Part shown: positions 36,532 to 45,225 of the stretch, one piece after another
Layout: every line of letters begins with the position of its first letter
Position numbering within the stretch: position 1 is the first letter of the stretch
Virus record (IMG/VR): IMGVR_UViG_3300037755_000687
Location: 1 to 45,649 of that record
Origin: a virus
Taxonomy: Duplodnaviria > Caudoviricetes
Strand: one strand, 5' to 3'
Length of the DNA stretch: 45,649 nt
The notes under the pieces: generated by a model
Told to the model about the DNA's origin: nothing
The model's input: only the letters and a program-made list of their open reading frames with translations
The model's database searches: none
Position numbers and translations under genes: made by a program

Positions 36532-37152
36532 TTAGAACAGGTCGTTGATCGGGGCAGCGCCGCTGCTGCTGGCAGGGGCGTCGCCTTCGTCATTGAACTC
36601 CTCGTCGGGATCGCGCTGCCCGGCGAGTCGCGGACCATCCGCGACTTTCTGGATCGGGCCGAGATAGGCAGCAATTCCCTTGCCCCCCTCTACCTCGTAT
36701 GCGCCGAAGCTGAGCGACACTTTGCACATGCACCCGCTGTAGAAGTCCATCTCGTTGACGATGGGTTGCTTCGCTCGGTCGACGACAGCAGGCTTGTCCT
36801 TGCTGCGCGCCGTAACAAACACCTTGTCCTTATAGGCGGGGTCCACTTGCCCGGTGATCTCGTTCTTGCGCGCCGTGTTTCCGATGCGCAACGGGTTCTT
36901 CAGCCCAGCGGGCCAGTTCTTCTGGTCGGCGCCCCACTTCTTCGCCGCTGCGGCGCGGATCGCCGCCTTGATGCCCTCCAGATTGGTGGCTGCATCCCAC
37001 ACTAGCTGGAGACTGTATTTCGGCGGCTTGGGTACACCGTCCGCCCCCGGCTTGCTGGGGCGCGATTGCCAGACGAAAGCGAACATCGCCAAAGCTGGCG
37101 GGCAGTCTTTGCCCTGAACGCGGTGCGAATTGTCTTGCTTGGTGTCCGTCAT
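36532..37152 (-). CDS. DUF2815 / gp2.5-like single-stranded DNA-binding protein
   Basis: KYS.QL, NPLR.G, FYSG, G.GIA..L..IQK..DG.RL.G motifs and an acidic tail. Confidence 0.88.
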   Translation of the reverse strand: MTDTKQDNSHRVQGKDCPPALAMFAFVWQSRPSKPGADGVPKPPKYSLQLVWDAATNLEGIKAAIRAAAAKKWGADQKNWPAGLKNPLRIGNTARKNEITGQVDPAYKDKVFVTARSKDKPAVVDRAKQPIVNEMDFYSGCMCKVSLSFGAYEVEGGKGIAAYLGPIQKVADGPRLAGQRDPDEEFNDEGDAPASSSGAAPINDLF

Positions 37153-37185
37153 GGACGACTCCTTGAGTTGACTACGGTTGAGGTA

Positions 37186-37377
37186 CTACACTCGCACCAC
37201 GACCTGACACGCGGTCAAGACGTGTTGCTCTTCTCCAGCGAACGATTTGACATCGCCGCCGACAATTTCTACGCGGTCTACCTTACGCATGGTCTGCTGC
37301 TCAAAGCGTTGCAACGCCATGAGGATCAGCCGCTCCAGTTGCATGCGCTTAATCGCTGCCTCCGCGTTGCTCATCAT
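37186..37377 (-). CDS. Hypothetical protein (63 aa)
   Basis: SD AAGGAG upstream. Confidence 0.6.
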   Translation of the reverse strand: MMSNAEAAIKRMQLERLILMALQRFEQQTMRKVDRVEIVGGDVKSFAGEEQHVLTACQVVVRV

Positions 37378-37391
37378 CACGCTGCGCTCCT

Positions 37392-38126
37392 TTAGAATGG
37401 TACCGACAGCCCGATCAGCATTTGCCGCAGCGGGCCTCCCGCTACACCAGAGCAATGACCGCACCCATGTTGAGCGGCGCGGATGCGTCCATAGTCACGC
37501 GCGCTTACCAACAGATACTTGTAGCGCACCGTGGCACCGATGTAAACCGTGGCTTGTGTACCGCGCCAGCGAAGGTCCGCCCATCCGGGGCGCGGCCACG
37601 TACCCGCAGGCTCCGGGTTCAAATGAATCTTGACTTCGCCGTCGTACAGCAAGCCGCCCGCCTCCGCGCCAAGCTGCGCGCCGCGCACGGTCCATTCGGC
37701 CACGTACCCAAAGCTGAAGCCGCGCGCGCTTTGATGCACTTGCCCGCGCATGAGACAGCCGGACATTGTGCTGGGGTCACAACTGAGCCCATCGAAGGCG
37801 GGCAGGGCTTGCTCGGCCTCTACCGTGGGGTATACGCCGAAAGCGTGCGCAGTCCCCATGTCCACATAAGCTACGCGCCAGCCCAGCGCCAAGGACCCTG
37901 CATTGCGCCCCATAGACGATATGGCGAGCATACTGCAGCCCGCGCGCATATCCAGCTTGTAGTCGTATTTGACGTTGAACCAAATGCCGTCCCCGACTTC
38001 GGTGTATGTGCAGCGCCCGCCGAGCGCCTCGAAGCGCAACTCGCTTTCAGCACGAGCGATAGACACTGTTGTCGCCAACACCACAGCCCAGAGCAAAGTG
38101 AGCCAAATCTTCTCGGTGATTTTCAT
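37392..38126 (-). CDS. Secreted protein, outer-membrane beta-barrel candidate
   Basis: Signal peptide ending ARA-E, alternating Gly/aromatic strands, C-terminal ...IGLSVPF. Confidence 0.6.
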   Translation of the reverse strand: MKITEKIWLTLLWAVVLATTVSIARAESELRFEALGGRCTYTEVGDGIWFNVKYDYKLDMRAGCSMLAISSMGRNAGSLALGWRVAYVDMGTAHAFGVYPTVEAEQALPAFDGLSCDPSTMSGCLMRGQVHQSARGFSFGYVAEWTVRGAQLGAEAGGLLYDGEVKIHLNPEPAGTWPRPGWADLRWRGTQATVYIGATVRYKYLLVSARDYGRIRAAQHGCGHCSGVAGGPLRQMLIGLSVPF

Positions 38127-39331
38127 CGCAGCAACTCCTCTTGGTCTAGATTCTCGAATTGCGCCGCTAGCGGATTCAATGACGGGCGCAGGTCGGTTGA
38201 GTCCGCGATGGTCGGCGACCCCCTCGTCTTGCCCACTAGCGGCGCAAACTCGTTCTTGAATTCTTTGCCACGACGCTCTTTCTTGAAAAGCTTCTCGGCC
38301 TCGGCGACGGATACAAACGAACGCGGTGCAACTTGATCTTCGTTGAATCCAGCAAAAAGTAGGCGCTGATGCGCGGCAGCTTCATCTCTCCAAAAGCGTG
38401 CCGAGCGTCCTGCCACCAGCTTAAAGCCGGAGATTGCACCACCAGACTCAAGGTAGTGCTGGGCGCGCGCGCTAACTGCGCTGCACCATGATTCGACAAT
38501 AGGCACCGCGCGTAGCAGCGCGGCAAATTGATCGCTCCCAAGGGCAATAAGACGTAAGTCTTCTTCACGGAATTCCTCCTGCGCAAATGCGCGCACGTAC
38601 CGCGCTAGCTCCGGGCATTGCGGCTTGGCCTTGCAGAAGAGGCAATGGTCTCCTGCCTGCAACACGGGGTCTAGCTCGTCGGTGCGGGTGGCGGCTTGCG
38701 CTAGTGTTACTGCAAAGTCTTGCACGGCACGGATCGGTATCACATGCTCGCGTATAGGACCGCTAGCACCCGGAAGGCGCGGCTGGATGATCACGAGCCG
38801 CACCGTTTCGTATTGGTCGGCTACCAGCGCGGCCATCTCGCCTACTGCGTACGTGAGCAATTGCTCGTTGTTCTCGACTTCTACGTACACGCCTGCACCG
38901 TGCTTGTAATCCGCAATGACGAGCTCCGGCGGATTGTGAATGCTGATGTCCAGCGTGCCCCAACAATCATCACGGTCAAACAGCCGTCCTGGGTGCACAC
39001 GTCGCTCCAGTTGCACGCGCGCAGCGGGGTTAGCGGCCTCGTACCCGTGTACGTAGTCCGCCGCTAGACCGACAGCCGTAGTCATGTCGCTGTCAACCAC
39101 GAATTCCATCTGCCCGCCGCCTTCCATCGGCACGACAAATTTGTGGTCCAGCCAGTCGTCGGGGTTCATGCCTAACAGCAGCACGTTCTCCAGCAACTTG
39201 TGTGCAGCGGTACCTAGCGCCTCGTATTCGCTGGTAGAGCCTGCGACTCCTTGTGAGAGTCGCACGCTTCCAGGGCAGTGAATCCAGCGATGCGCGGCGC
39301 TAGGTGCGAGGCGGGCGTGATCGCCGTTCAC
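38123..39331 (-). CDS. DUF2800 / Cas4-like PD-(D/E)xK exonuclease
   Basis: HA.L.PS.AHRW..CPGS, GT.AH, WGT.D, DYK.G.G, QL..YA and HC.FC.AK..C. Confidence 0.9.
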   Translation of the reverse strand: MNGDHARLAPSAAHRWIHCPGSVRLSQGVAGSTSEYEALGTAAHKLLENVLLLGMNPDDWLDHKFVVPMEGGGQMEFVVDSDMTTAVGLAADYVHGYEAANPAARVQLERRVHPGRLFDRDDCWGTLDISIHNPPELVIADYKHGAGVYVEVENNEQLLTYAVGEMAALVADQYETVRLVIIQPRLPGASGPIREHVIPIRAVQDFAVTLAQAATRTDELDPVLQAGDHCLFCKAKPQCPELARYVRAFAQEEFREEDLRLIALGSDQFAALLRAVPIVESWCSAVSARAQHYLESGGAISGFKLVAGRSARFWRDEAAAHQRLLFAGFNEDQVAPRSFVSVAEAEKLFKKERRGKEFKNEFAPLVGKTRGSPTIADSTDLRPSLNPLAAQFENLDQEELLR

Positions 39332-39405
39332 GAAAAGCGCTCCATGACAATGCCCACAGTCAACCCGATGAAGAAGCCCACTGCGAGCGCGACGGCAATG
39401 CTCAT
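39328..39405 (-). CDS. 25-aa single-TM miniprotein (absent from the ORF track)
   Basis: MSIAVALAVGFFIGLTVGIVMERFS*; 4-nt start/stop overlaps with both neighbours. Confidence 0.6.
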   Translation of the reverse strand: MSIAVALAVGFFIGLTVGIVMERFS

Positions 39406-39680
39406 GACAACAGATCGTCCTCAGCGGCTGCGGCAGGTACTGCGCCCAATACCAACAGCGCCGTCAGCGCCGCGTTGTGCAGGTACGCGCGCATATCGTT
39501 GCGCGTGGTCTTCTTGACCTTCTTGTGCAACTGCAGCGCAAGTGCCTGCATGTGCTGCTCCGTCACGGGGCCGACGCGCAGCTTGGCTGCGAACGTGCCT
39601 GCGGGCATCGGCTCCTTCTTTTTCTTCTTGCGTGGGGTAGCTGCCGCTGCTGCGTCGCCGCCAGTTTTCTTTCTCGCCAT
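39402..39680 (-). CDS. Hypothetical basic protein
   Basis: SD AAGGAG; ends EDDLLS. Confidence 0.7.
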   Translation of the reverse strand: MARKKTGGDAAAAATPRKKKKKEPMPAGTFAAKLRVGPVTEQHMQALALQLHKKVKKTTRNDMRAYLHNAALTALLVLGAVPAAAAEDDLLS

Positions 39681-39682
39681 GA

Positions 39683-39943
39683 CTATCTCCTTCGTAATTG
39701 CTGCGTTGAGGGGTACATCTGGTCCATCACAGTCTTCAGCAGCCTCCAGACACCGTGTTTTGTGCGCGGGAAGCCGCGAACCCTGCCTTGGAACACCACC
39801 GAGCCAATAGCGTTCTCGGTTATGACGGTGTAATTGCCAGTTGTCTTAGTGCCTGTGCCGTCGTTGGCGATGATCATGCGGCCTTTGCGCTGGGCGTTCT
39901 TGGCGAAGCCGCGCGGGACTAATTCGATCGTAATGACTATCAT
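39683..39943 (-). CDS. Hypothetical protein
   Basis: Tightly packed in the operon; I.NDGTG....GNY motif. Confidence 0.7.
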   Translation of the reverse strand: MIVITIELVPRGFAKNAQRKGRMIIANDGTGTKTTGNYTVITENAIGSVVFQGRVRGFPRTKHGVWRLLKTVMDQMYPSTQQLRRR

Positions 39944-40260
39944 TATCGCTCCAGTTCGGCAGCTAAACGTAGAAAACTCGAGGCAACCTTTCGCAAGGCC
40001 GCAGCACGTCGTCGCTTCGCTACCGTTAGCGCCTTGTCAAATCTTTGTGGAACTAAAACCCGCCCAGCGTTCACATAAACTGAGCCGTGTCTACGGCTGT
40101 CGTTACTGCGCTTGCCGTCCTGTGGGAGCGAGATGCTTATCAGCCATTTTCCTCCGGGGCAGTAACGGCGGGGCTGACAATACGATAAACCAATGCCTTC
40201 CGGCAAATCAGTTCGGTATTTGTTTCTACAAGGACGATGTCGAACACCGGAGGGCTTCAT
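39943..40260 (-). CDS. Hypothetical basic protein
   Basis: 1-nt stop/start overlaps on both sides. Confidence 0.65.
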   Translation of the reverse strand: MKPSGVRHRPCRNKYRTDLPEGIGLSYCQPRRYCPGGKWLISISLPQDGKRSNDSRRHGSVYVNAGRVLVPQRFDKALTVAKRRRAAALRKVASSFLRLAAELER

Positions 40261-40502
40261 CAGTCAATTACACCTTTTTTCTTTGCGATCCACGCACTAA
40301 CCACGAGCCTGTCGTAGCCTGTGCTGGGGAATTCGCGGTGTATCTGGTCTACCTGTGACAGCGGGAACCATTCCTCCCGCTCTAGCGCGTCAATGTGGAA
40401 AAGGATGGCATTAGTTGTCTCATGCACGATGCGTCCGCGCACTTCGTACTTCTCGCCGGGTAAGCCGTGCACATACGCTGCGTGCTGAGTGCGGGTGATC
40501 AT
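40260..40502 (-). CDS. Hypothetical small beta protein
   Basis: HET..AIL......EEWFP.SQ......L.V..WIA..KG pattern common in phages. Confidence 0.7.
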   Translation of the reverse strand: MITRTQHAAYVHGLPGEKYEVRGRIVHETTNAILFHIDALEREEWFPLSQVDQIHREFPSTGYDRLVVSAWIAKKKGVID

Positions 40503-40762
40503 CTGGCTCCTCCCATTGTTAATGCTCGTGCTATAGCTCCGTGACCGCGCAAAATCGTTTCAGCGATCGCAATAGCCTTTTCCGGAGCGCTGCGTTGTTG
40601 TGTGCTTCTGATCATGTGGATCAGCGCTGCGGTCTGCGCGGCAATACTTGCTGCGCGCACCACGCCAAACGCTGCACGCAGCGCGTGCACGCGCGCAGTA
40701 ATGCGTGCTGTCTGCGCACGTAGCTGACGCCGCCATTTCCGCGTACGCCTACGATGACTCAT
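40499..40762 (-). CDS. Small basic protein with tape-measure-like segments
   Basis: Coupled overlaps; see findings. Confidence 0.6.
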   Translation of the reverse strand: MSHRRRTRKWRRQLRAQTARITARVHALRAAFGVVRAASIAAQTAALIHMIRSTQQRSAPEKAIAIAETILRGHGAIARALTMGGAR

Positions 40763-40977
40763 TTGCTCCCCATCTCGTTGAGCATCGGTATTAGTTGCTC
40801 GCCACTACGACCAAAGAGTTCTAAGGCTAGCGCAACTTTGGCTGCATTGTCTTCCAGCCTAGCGAACATACGTGCTAAGTTGACAGGCGAACGAGCAACT
40901 CCACCGCTCACAGGTAACTGTAATTGCGCGATCAGCGGCGCTTGAATAGAAAAGGCTAAAAACGTACGCCGATTCAT
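40759..40977 (-). CDS. Small protein with a twin-Arg-like N-terminus and a tape-measure-like segment
   Basis: ATG 40977 after GGGAGG; MNRRTFL; see findings. Confidence 0.65.
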   Translation of the reverse strand: MNRRTFLAFSIQAPLIAQLQLPVSGGVARSPVNLARMFARLEDNAAKVALALELFGRSGEQLIPMLNEMGSK

Positions 40978-41096
40978 TGCTTCCTCCCATAGCACGGTCC
41001 CACGCCACGCGTCTCCGGGTTACGACGCAAAGCTTCGCGTGCACTGATCAAGCAATACACGCAATTCAGCGCTTGGTTCCAGATATGCGGCTTCAC
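40974..41096 (-). CDS. 40-aa Cys/His miniprotein (absent from the ORF track)
   Basis: MKPHIWNQALNCVYCLISAREALRRNPETRGVGPCYGRKQ*; 4-nt overlaps on both sides. Confidence 0.55.
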   Translation of the reverse strand: MKPHIWNQALNCVYCLISAREALRRNPETRGVGPCYGRKQ

Positions 41097-41272
41097 GGAA
41101 AGAACCCTCCATGCGTCTCAGCGATCTTTTTGCCTAACTGCCACACGCTGCGCGTTGTCAACACGGCCAGCGTGCCGCCGTATGCCTTGGCCACGGCTAG
41201 CGCGCAGGCAGTGGGCATCAGCACATTGTCCATGCGCACAGGCAATCCTTGTTTGTGTTGTTGAGCGGTCAT
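41093..41272 (-). CDS. 59-aa hypothetical protein (absent from the ORF track)
   Basis: MTAQQHKQGLPVRMDNV...HGGFFP*; SD GGGAG; overlaps on both sides. Confidence 0.55.
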   Translation of the reverse strand: MTAQQHKQGLPVRMDNVLMPTACALAVAKAYGGTLAVLTTRSVWQLGKKIAETHGGFFP

Positions 41273-41517
41273 TTGCTCCCTTTGTTGCCCCTGACATTCG
41301 GGCCGTGAAACTCGATGATAAGGTTGTCGTCTATCTTCAGCCGAATTGACTTGTGATAGAACGGCCCCGGCGTACTGGTATGCGTCGTCTCGGCAAAATC
41401 GCGCAGTTGCATCGAAGAATCTGGTCTGTGGTCACGCAAAATACCCTCACAGCGACGTATGTTTTCGGCGATACGCTCTGGATTGCGAGGATCAGAAGGG
41501 GATATCATCTTCTTCAT
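41269..41517 (-). CDS. Hypothetical protein (start uncertain)
   Basis: Open frame filling the operon gap; stop overlaps the next ATG. Confidence 0.5.
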   Translation of the reverse strand: MKKMISPSDPRNPERIAENIRRCEGILRDHRPDSSMQLRDFAETTHTSTPGPFYHKSIRLKIDDNLIIEFHGPNVRGNKGSK

Positions 41518-41833
41518 TCTCATAGCTGAGCAAAAATAGTTGAATACGCATGTACGCGGTGCGAATCGCGCGCTGCACATCATCCGGGGTCTTAAGCGCC
41601 AAAAATCGCGTCGCTGCCGCTATGACTTCCTCGGGCGTGGCGGCTGTAGCCATGCCGATACGTGTGCCCGTAGTCCACTCAGTGCATGTCCACAGTCCTT
41701 GCACGCGCGGCACAGGCGTAGCCCACAGCCGCAGCGCCGGGTGATGCGGCACGCTAAACGGTATGCCATAGCTGGGCACGCAGCCATGATCTTCAAGGAA
41801 GACAAAGCCCTGCACAGGCGCAGCGATGGTCAT
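41492..41833 (-). CDS. Hypothetical protein ending in an SSB-type tail (EEDDIPF)
   Basis: SD GAGGA; the last five residues (DDIPF) match the bacterial SSB C-terminal tip. Confidence 0.7.
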   Translation of the reverse strand: MTIAAPVQGFVFLEDHGCVPSYGIPFSVPHHPALRLWATPVPRVQGLWTCTEWTTGTRIGMATAATPEEVIAAATRFLALKTPDDVQRAIRTAYMRIQLFLLSYENEEDDIPF

Positions 41834-41971
41834 GTGGTCCTCTTACGGAGACGTCCTGCGCCGCTCCAGCACCTTGCGTTGCGCTGCCGCTCAGCCCCCA
41901 AGGGAGGAAAGGACCAAGAGCGCACTCGCCGTGTGATGTTGGTGTTACGCTGCAACGTAGGACGCCTCCGT

Positions 41972-42020
41972 AAAAAGACTGCTCGCTGCGCTTGGCTGGC
42001 AAAGCGGCGCGGCGAGCAGT
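41972..42020 (-). terminator. Hairpin with U-tract, terminator or attenuator candidate
   Basis: actgctcgctgcgc / gcgcggcgagcagt stem followed by CTTTTT on the minus strand. Confidence 0.5.
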
Positions 42021-42059
42021 AGAGCAATGCACACACGAACAATCAGAGCCGCCGGGCGA

Positions 42060-42380
42060 TCAGCCGAACAGATTGGTCTCCGCAGCCATGGCGGTGCCGA
42101 TCTTGGCGTCGAGAATCGCGTATTGCTCCGCCTTGATGTCGCTGAGCTTTTTGGCGTTCATCTCGGCGAAAATCTTGACGACGACGTCCTTGCCCTTGGT
42201 GTCCATCAGCGCCTTGAGCTTGGCCTGCATCTGCTCCATGGTCAGGCCTCCAGCGGCGGGCGCAGCCGCAGCGGGCGCGGCGGCAACGGACGCTCCGGCG
42301 GGCAGCGGCGGGCACTTGCTGGTGTAGGCGGTGGCTTCGGCAAGGGTGGCGAAGTACAACGTGACTGCGATGCGGTCCAT
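42060..42380 (-). CDS. Hypothetical protein heading the replication operon
   Basis: ATG 42380 after AAGGAG; Ala/Pro linker and a K.KLSDI..EQY helical domain often seen near DUF2800/DUF2815/PolA. Confidence 0.75.
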   Translation of the reverse strand: MDRIAVTLYFATLAEATAYTSKCPPLPAGASVAAAPAAAAPAAGGLTMEQMQAKLKALMDTKGKDVVVKIFAEMNAKKLSDIKAEQYAILDAKIGTAMAAETNLFG

Positions 42381-42637
42381 ACGGTGCTCCTTGTACAAGG
42401 TTGTGGTTAGGGTACTGCCTCCCCTGCGTATACACAGGGCGGGGGCAATGGTGCATCTCCCGTAAGTAGAAGTAAAGTGCGGGTGTAAAATCGGCTCCTG
42501 CACCGGGATCGTTTCGTAGGCAGGGACTTTTCACTCCTACGGCGGGCGCGCTAGCCTGTACGCACAACATTGCAAGGAGGCTCCGCTATGCGCTAGCAAC
42601 TGATACCGAAAAGAGCTTGTGGAAATCAAGACGCAGT

Positions 42638-42673
42638 AAAAAAGAGGGGCGGCTCTCACGAGTCGCCCCTTTT
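42638..42673. terminator. Bidirectional terminator-like hairpin
   Basis: A6-g-aggggcggctc-tcac-gagtcgcccct-ttt. Confidence 0.55.
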
Positions 42674-42746
42674 AGTCCAAGAAGAAACGCCACCACACAC
42701 CGTAAGGCCAGCATGCCCCTAGTTGCATCACGGAGCGCACTGCACC

Positions 42747-45041
42747 ATGAATAGTACAGCAGAGTTGTTAGGGACAAAAGTCCCCGAGTCTAATTTTGAT
42801 TTTCTGCTCGCGCTGTTTGGCGCAGCGCATGCCAACAACGCCTTCGTCACAGGATTCCCGGAAGACCCCGCTGGCCAGCACGACATGCGCATCCGCGCCC
42901 GCATGTGGCGCGGCCAGCGATGGGGTGATCTAAAGCAGCCGCTTAGCCGCGAGTGGAACAACTACTACTGCATCAGCACGTTCAAACCGAACAGTGACCC
43001 CAAAGACCACAATCAGCCCCGCCGCAAAAAGGCGCTGCACCACGCGACGCATGTAGTGGTGTTCGACGATGTGGGCAATGGACAGAAAGTGCCATGGGAA
43101 CACATCAAGCTCCCAGCCAGCTACGTGTTGATGACTAGTCCGGGCAATCACCAAGTCGGCTATCGGCTAGCGGTGCCTGAGACTGACGCAGGCAAGGTAG
43201 AGCGCTTTATTGATGGCTTGATCGTCAATGGCTTGGCCAGTGACAGTCGCGACCCCGGCATGCGCGGCGTCACGCGCTTTGTGCGCTTGCCCGCAGGCAC
43301 CAACAGGAAGAGCAAATACGGCACGCTGGGCATAGTGTGCAGCATCACCGAGTGGGCACCTGAGCGTGTATTCACCATCGAGCAGCTAGCCGCCGCGCAC
43401 GGCATAAGCCTAGCCGCCCCGCAGCGCGACGGACCCGCACGCCCGCGCATACAACTACCCGACGAAGACCGCCGTCAGCTAGTTGAGCGCATGCTGACCG
43501 CGCTGGAGCGACAGGGACACATAATCGGTGAAGACCCCAATGCCCCCGGCAAGTGGCACATAGTATGCCCATGGACGAGCGAACATAGCGAACAAGACCA
43601 GTCGGGCACCGCGTACTTTGAACCCGGCTACGTGGACCGCACCACGGGCATCGCCAGTGAAAAAGGCGGCTTCAAGTGCTGGCACGGCCACTGCGAGAAC
43701 AAGCACCTTAACGACCTTGTGGCGTGGCTGCGCGCCCATGGGCATAACGAAGTGATGCACCCTAACGCTACGCTTGAGTTCCACAACATAGTGGAAGAAG
43801 AGCAGCGCATGCCCGCCGATAAGTACACTGCGCTGGTGCGCGACCCGGAAGACAACCGGATCAAAAGCCAAGTGCTGACCAATGTAGAGCTCATCATGCT
43901 GTACGATCGCGTGGTGGCAGGCAGCGTGCGCTTCAATACATTCACGCACACGCACGAGATACTGCGCTCCGAGCTCAATAACCTAGACAGTGTGGTAGCG
44001 TGGATGATCACCGAGATCGAGCGTGTGTACCACACTACGTTCGCCGAGAAGAACGTGCGCCTCATGCTTAACCGCTTAATGGACCAAAACCGCTACGATC
44101 CCCTGATGGAATGGGCGAGTGCTACGCGCGACGCATGGGATGGCACCGCACGACTCGACCGCTGCCTGCTAGACCACGCCGTAGCCGTAGCCCAGCCCGC
44201 TGACTACGTGCAGGCAGTGACGCGGGCGTTCTTCATAGGGGCGGCGCAGCGCGCGCTGTGTCCGGGGTACAAGTTTGACCACATGCTGATACTGGAAGGC
44301 AAACAGGGCATCGGCAAAAGTACGCTGTGTCGCATACTGGCACCGCGCGCCGAGTGGGCCGCAGCAGGCATACTGGACGTAGCGCACAAAGACGCCGTAG
44401 CCGATCTGCTGGGCAAATTCATCTACGAAGTAGAAGAGCTCCAGACCTTCCGGCGAACCAAGGACGTTGACGCACTCAAAGCGTTTCTAAGTCGCGTGTC
44501 AGACCGCGTGCGGCTGTCATACCGCCGTGATAGTGGTGATTATGCGCGGCGCACCGTGTTTATAGGTACTACCAACAAGCGCAAGTATCTGGAGACCGAT
44601 GAGCCTGATCCGCAACGCCGCTTCTGGCCCGTGAGCGTGGCGGCGGTGGACTTGTCGTGGTTCCAAGACCACGCCGCGCAGCTATGGGCTGAGGCCTTGT
44701 GGCACGCCTACGAGGGCGAACTACCCGTGCTGGACATGGACATAATTAGCGTAGTGGAAGAGCAACAACTGGAGCGCGCCCGCAGCGTGGAGGAGCATCC
44801 GTGGTATCAGGCGCTGCACCGTATGTGGAATGACCCCGAGTACCGCAACGCATGGCCTGCGGTGACTACCAACAACGAGATCCTGAGCATGCTTGGTGTA
44901 AGCACTGATCGGCAGGACCGACGTCATGAGATGGTAATCGCCGATATACTGAAAGCGCTCGGCTATCGAGTGGAGCGCAAACGCCTCCGGGGGACGATGA
45001 CGCGTTGCTGGGTCCGTGAACTAGACGATCTCCTCCTTTGA
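42747..45041 (+). CDS. Primase-helicase: RepB-like primase, Zn-binding domain and VirE/VapE-like P-loop helicase
   Basis: VVFDD and TSPGNHQ (primase); CPW..EH and FKCWHGHC (Zn); LEGKQGIGKST, E.EEL, GTTN and RRFWPV (VirE). Confidence 0.9.
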   Translation: MNSTAELLGTKVPESNFDFLLALFGAAHANNAFVTGFPEDPAGQHDMRIRARMWRGQRWGDLKQPLSREWNNYYCISTFKPNSDPKDHNQPRRKKALHHATHVVVFDDVGNGQKVPWEHIKLPASYVLMTSPGNHQVGYRLAVPETDAGKVERFIDGLIVNGLASDSRDPGMRGVTRFVRLPAGTNRKSKYGTLGIVCSITEWAPERVFTIEQLAAAHGISLAAPQRDGPARPRIQLPDEDRRQLVERMLTALERQGHIIGEDPNAPGKWHIVCPWTSEHSEQDQSGTAYFEPGYVDRTTGIASEKGGFKCWHGHCENKHLNDLVAWLRAHGHNEVMHPNATLEFHNIVEEEQRMPADKYTALVRDPEDNRIKSQVLTNVELIMLYDRVVAGSVRFNTFTHTHEILRSELNNLDSVVAWMITEIERVYHTTFAEKNVRLMLNRLMDQNRYDPLMEWASATRDAWDGTARLDRCLLDHAVAVAQPADYVQAVTRAFFIGAAQRALCPGYKFDHMLILEGKQGIGKSTLCRILAPRAEWAAAGILDVAHKDAVADLLGKFIYEVEELQTFRRTKDVDALKAFLSRVSDRVRLSYRRDSGDYARRTVFIGTTNKRKYLETDEPDPQRRFWPVSVAAVDLSWFQDHAAQLWAEALWHAYEGELPVLDMDIISVVEEQQLERARSVEEHPWYQALHRMWNDPEYRNAWPAVTTNNEILSMLGVSTDRQDRRHEMVIADILKALGYRVERKRLRGTMTRCWVRELDDLLL

Positions 45042-45043
45042 TG

Positions 45044-45225
45044 CTGATCTTACCATGCGGGGTCAAGTAGGTTAGATCAGTAGGTATGATCAGTGCATTT
45101 TCCCTTTACCTTACCTTACTTATATAATTGATCATACCTGATCATACCTTATTTAATATATACGTACAGATTGAAAATTCATGTTGCTATAGAAGCGGCT
45201 AAAGTCTCGAAAAAGGTATGATCAG
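45044..45225. repeat. Iteron-like AGGTATGATCA repeats around an AT-rich core, candidate replication origin
   Basis: Forward copies at 45082 and 45214, variant at 45069; reverse copies at 45129 and 45139, variant at 45044. Confidence 0.7.

Noticed and set aside
38123-39331. Cas4-like nuclease as evidence of CRISPR-Cas
   Set aside because: It is the ordinary DUF2800 gene of the DUF2800-DUF2815-PolA replication module.
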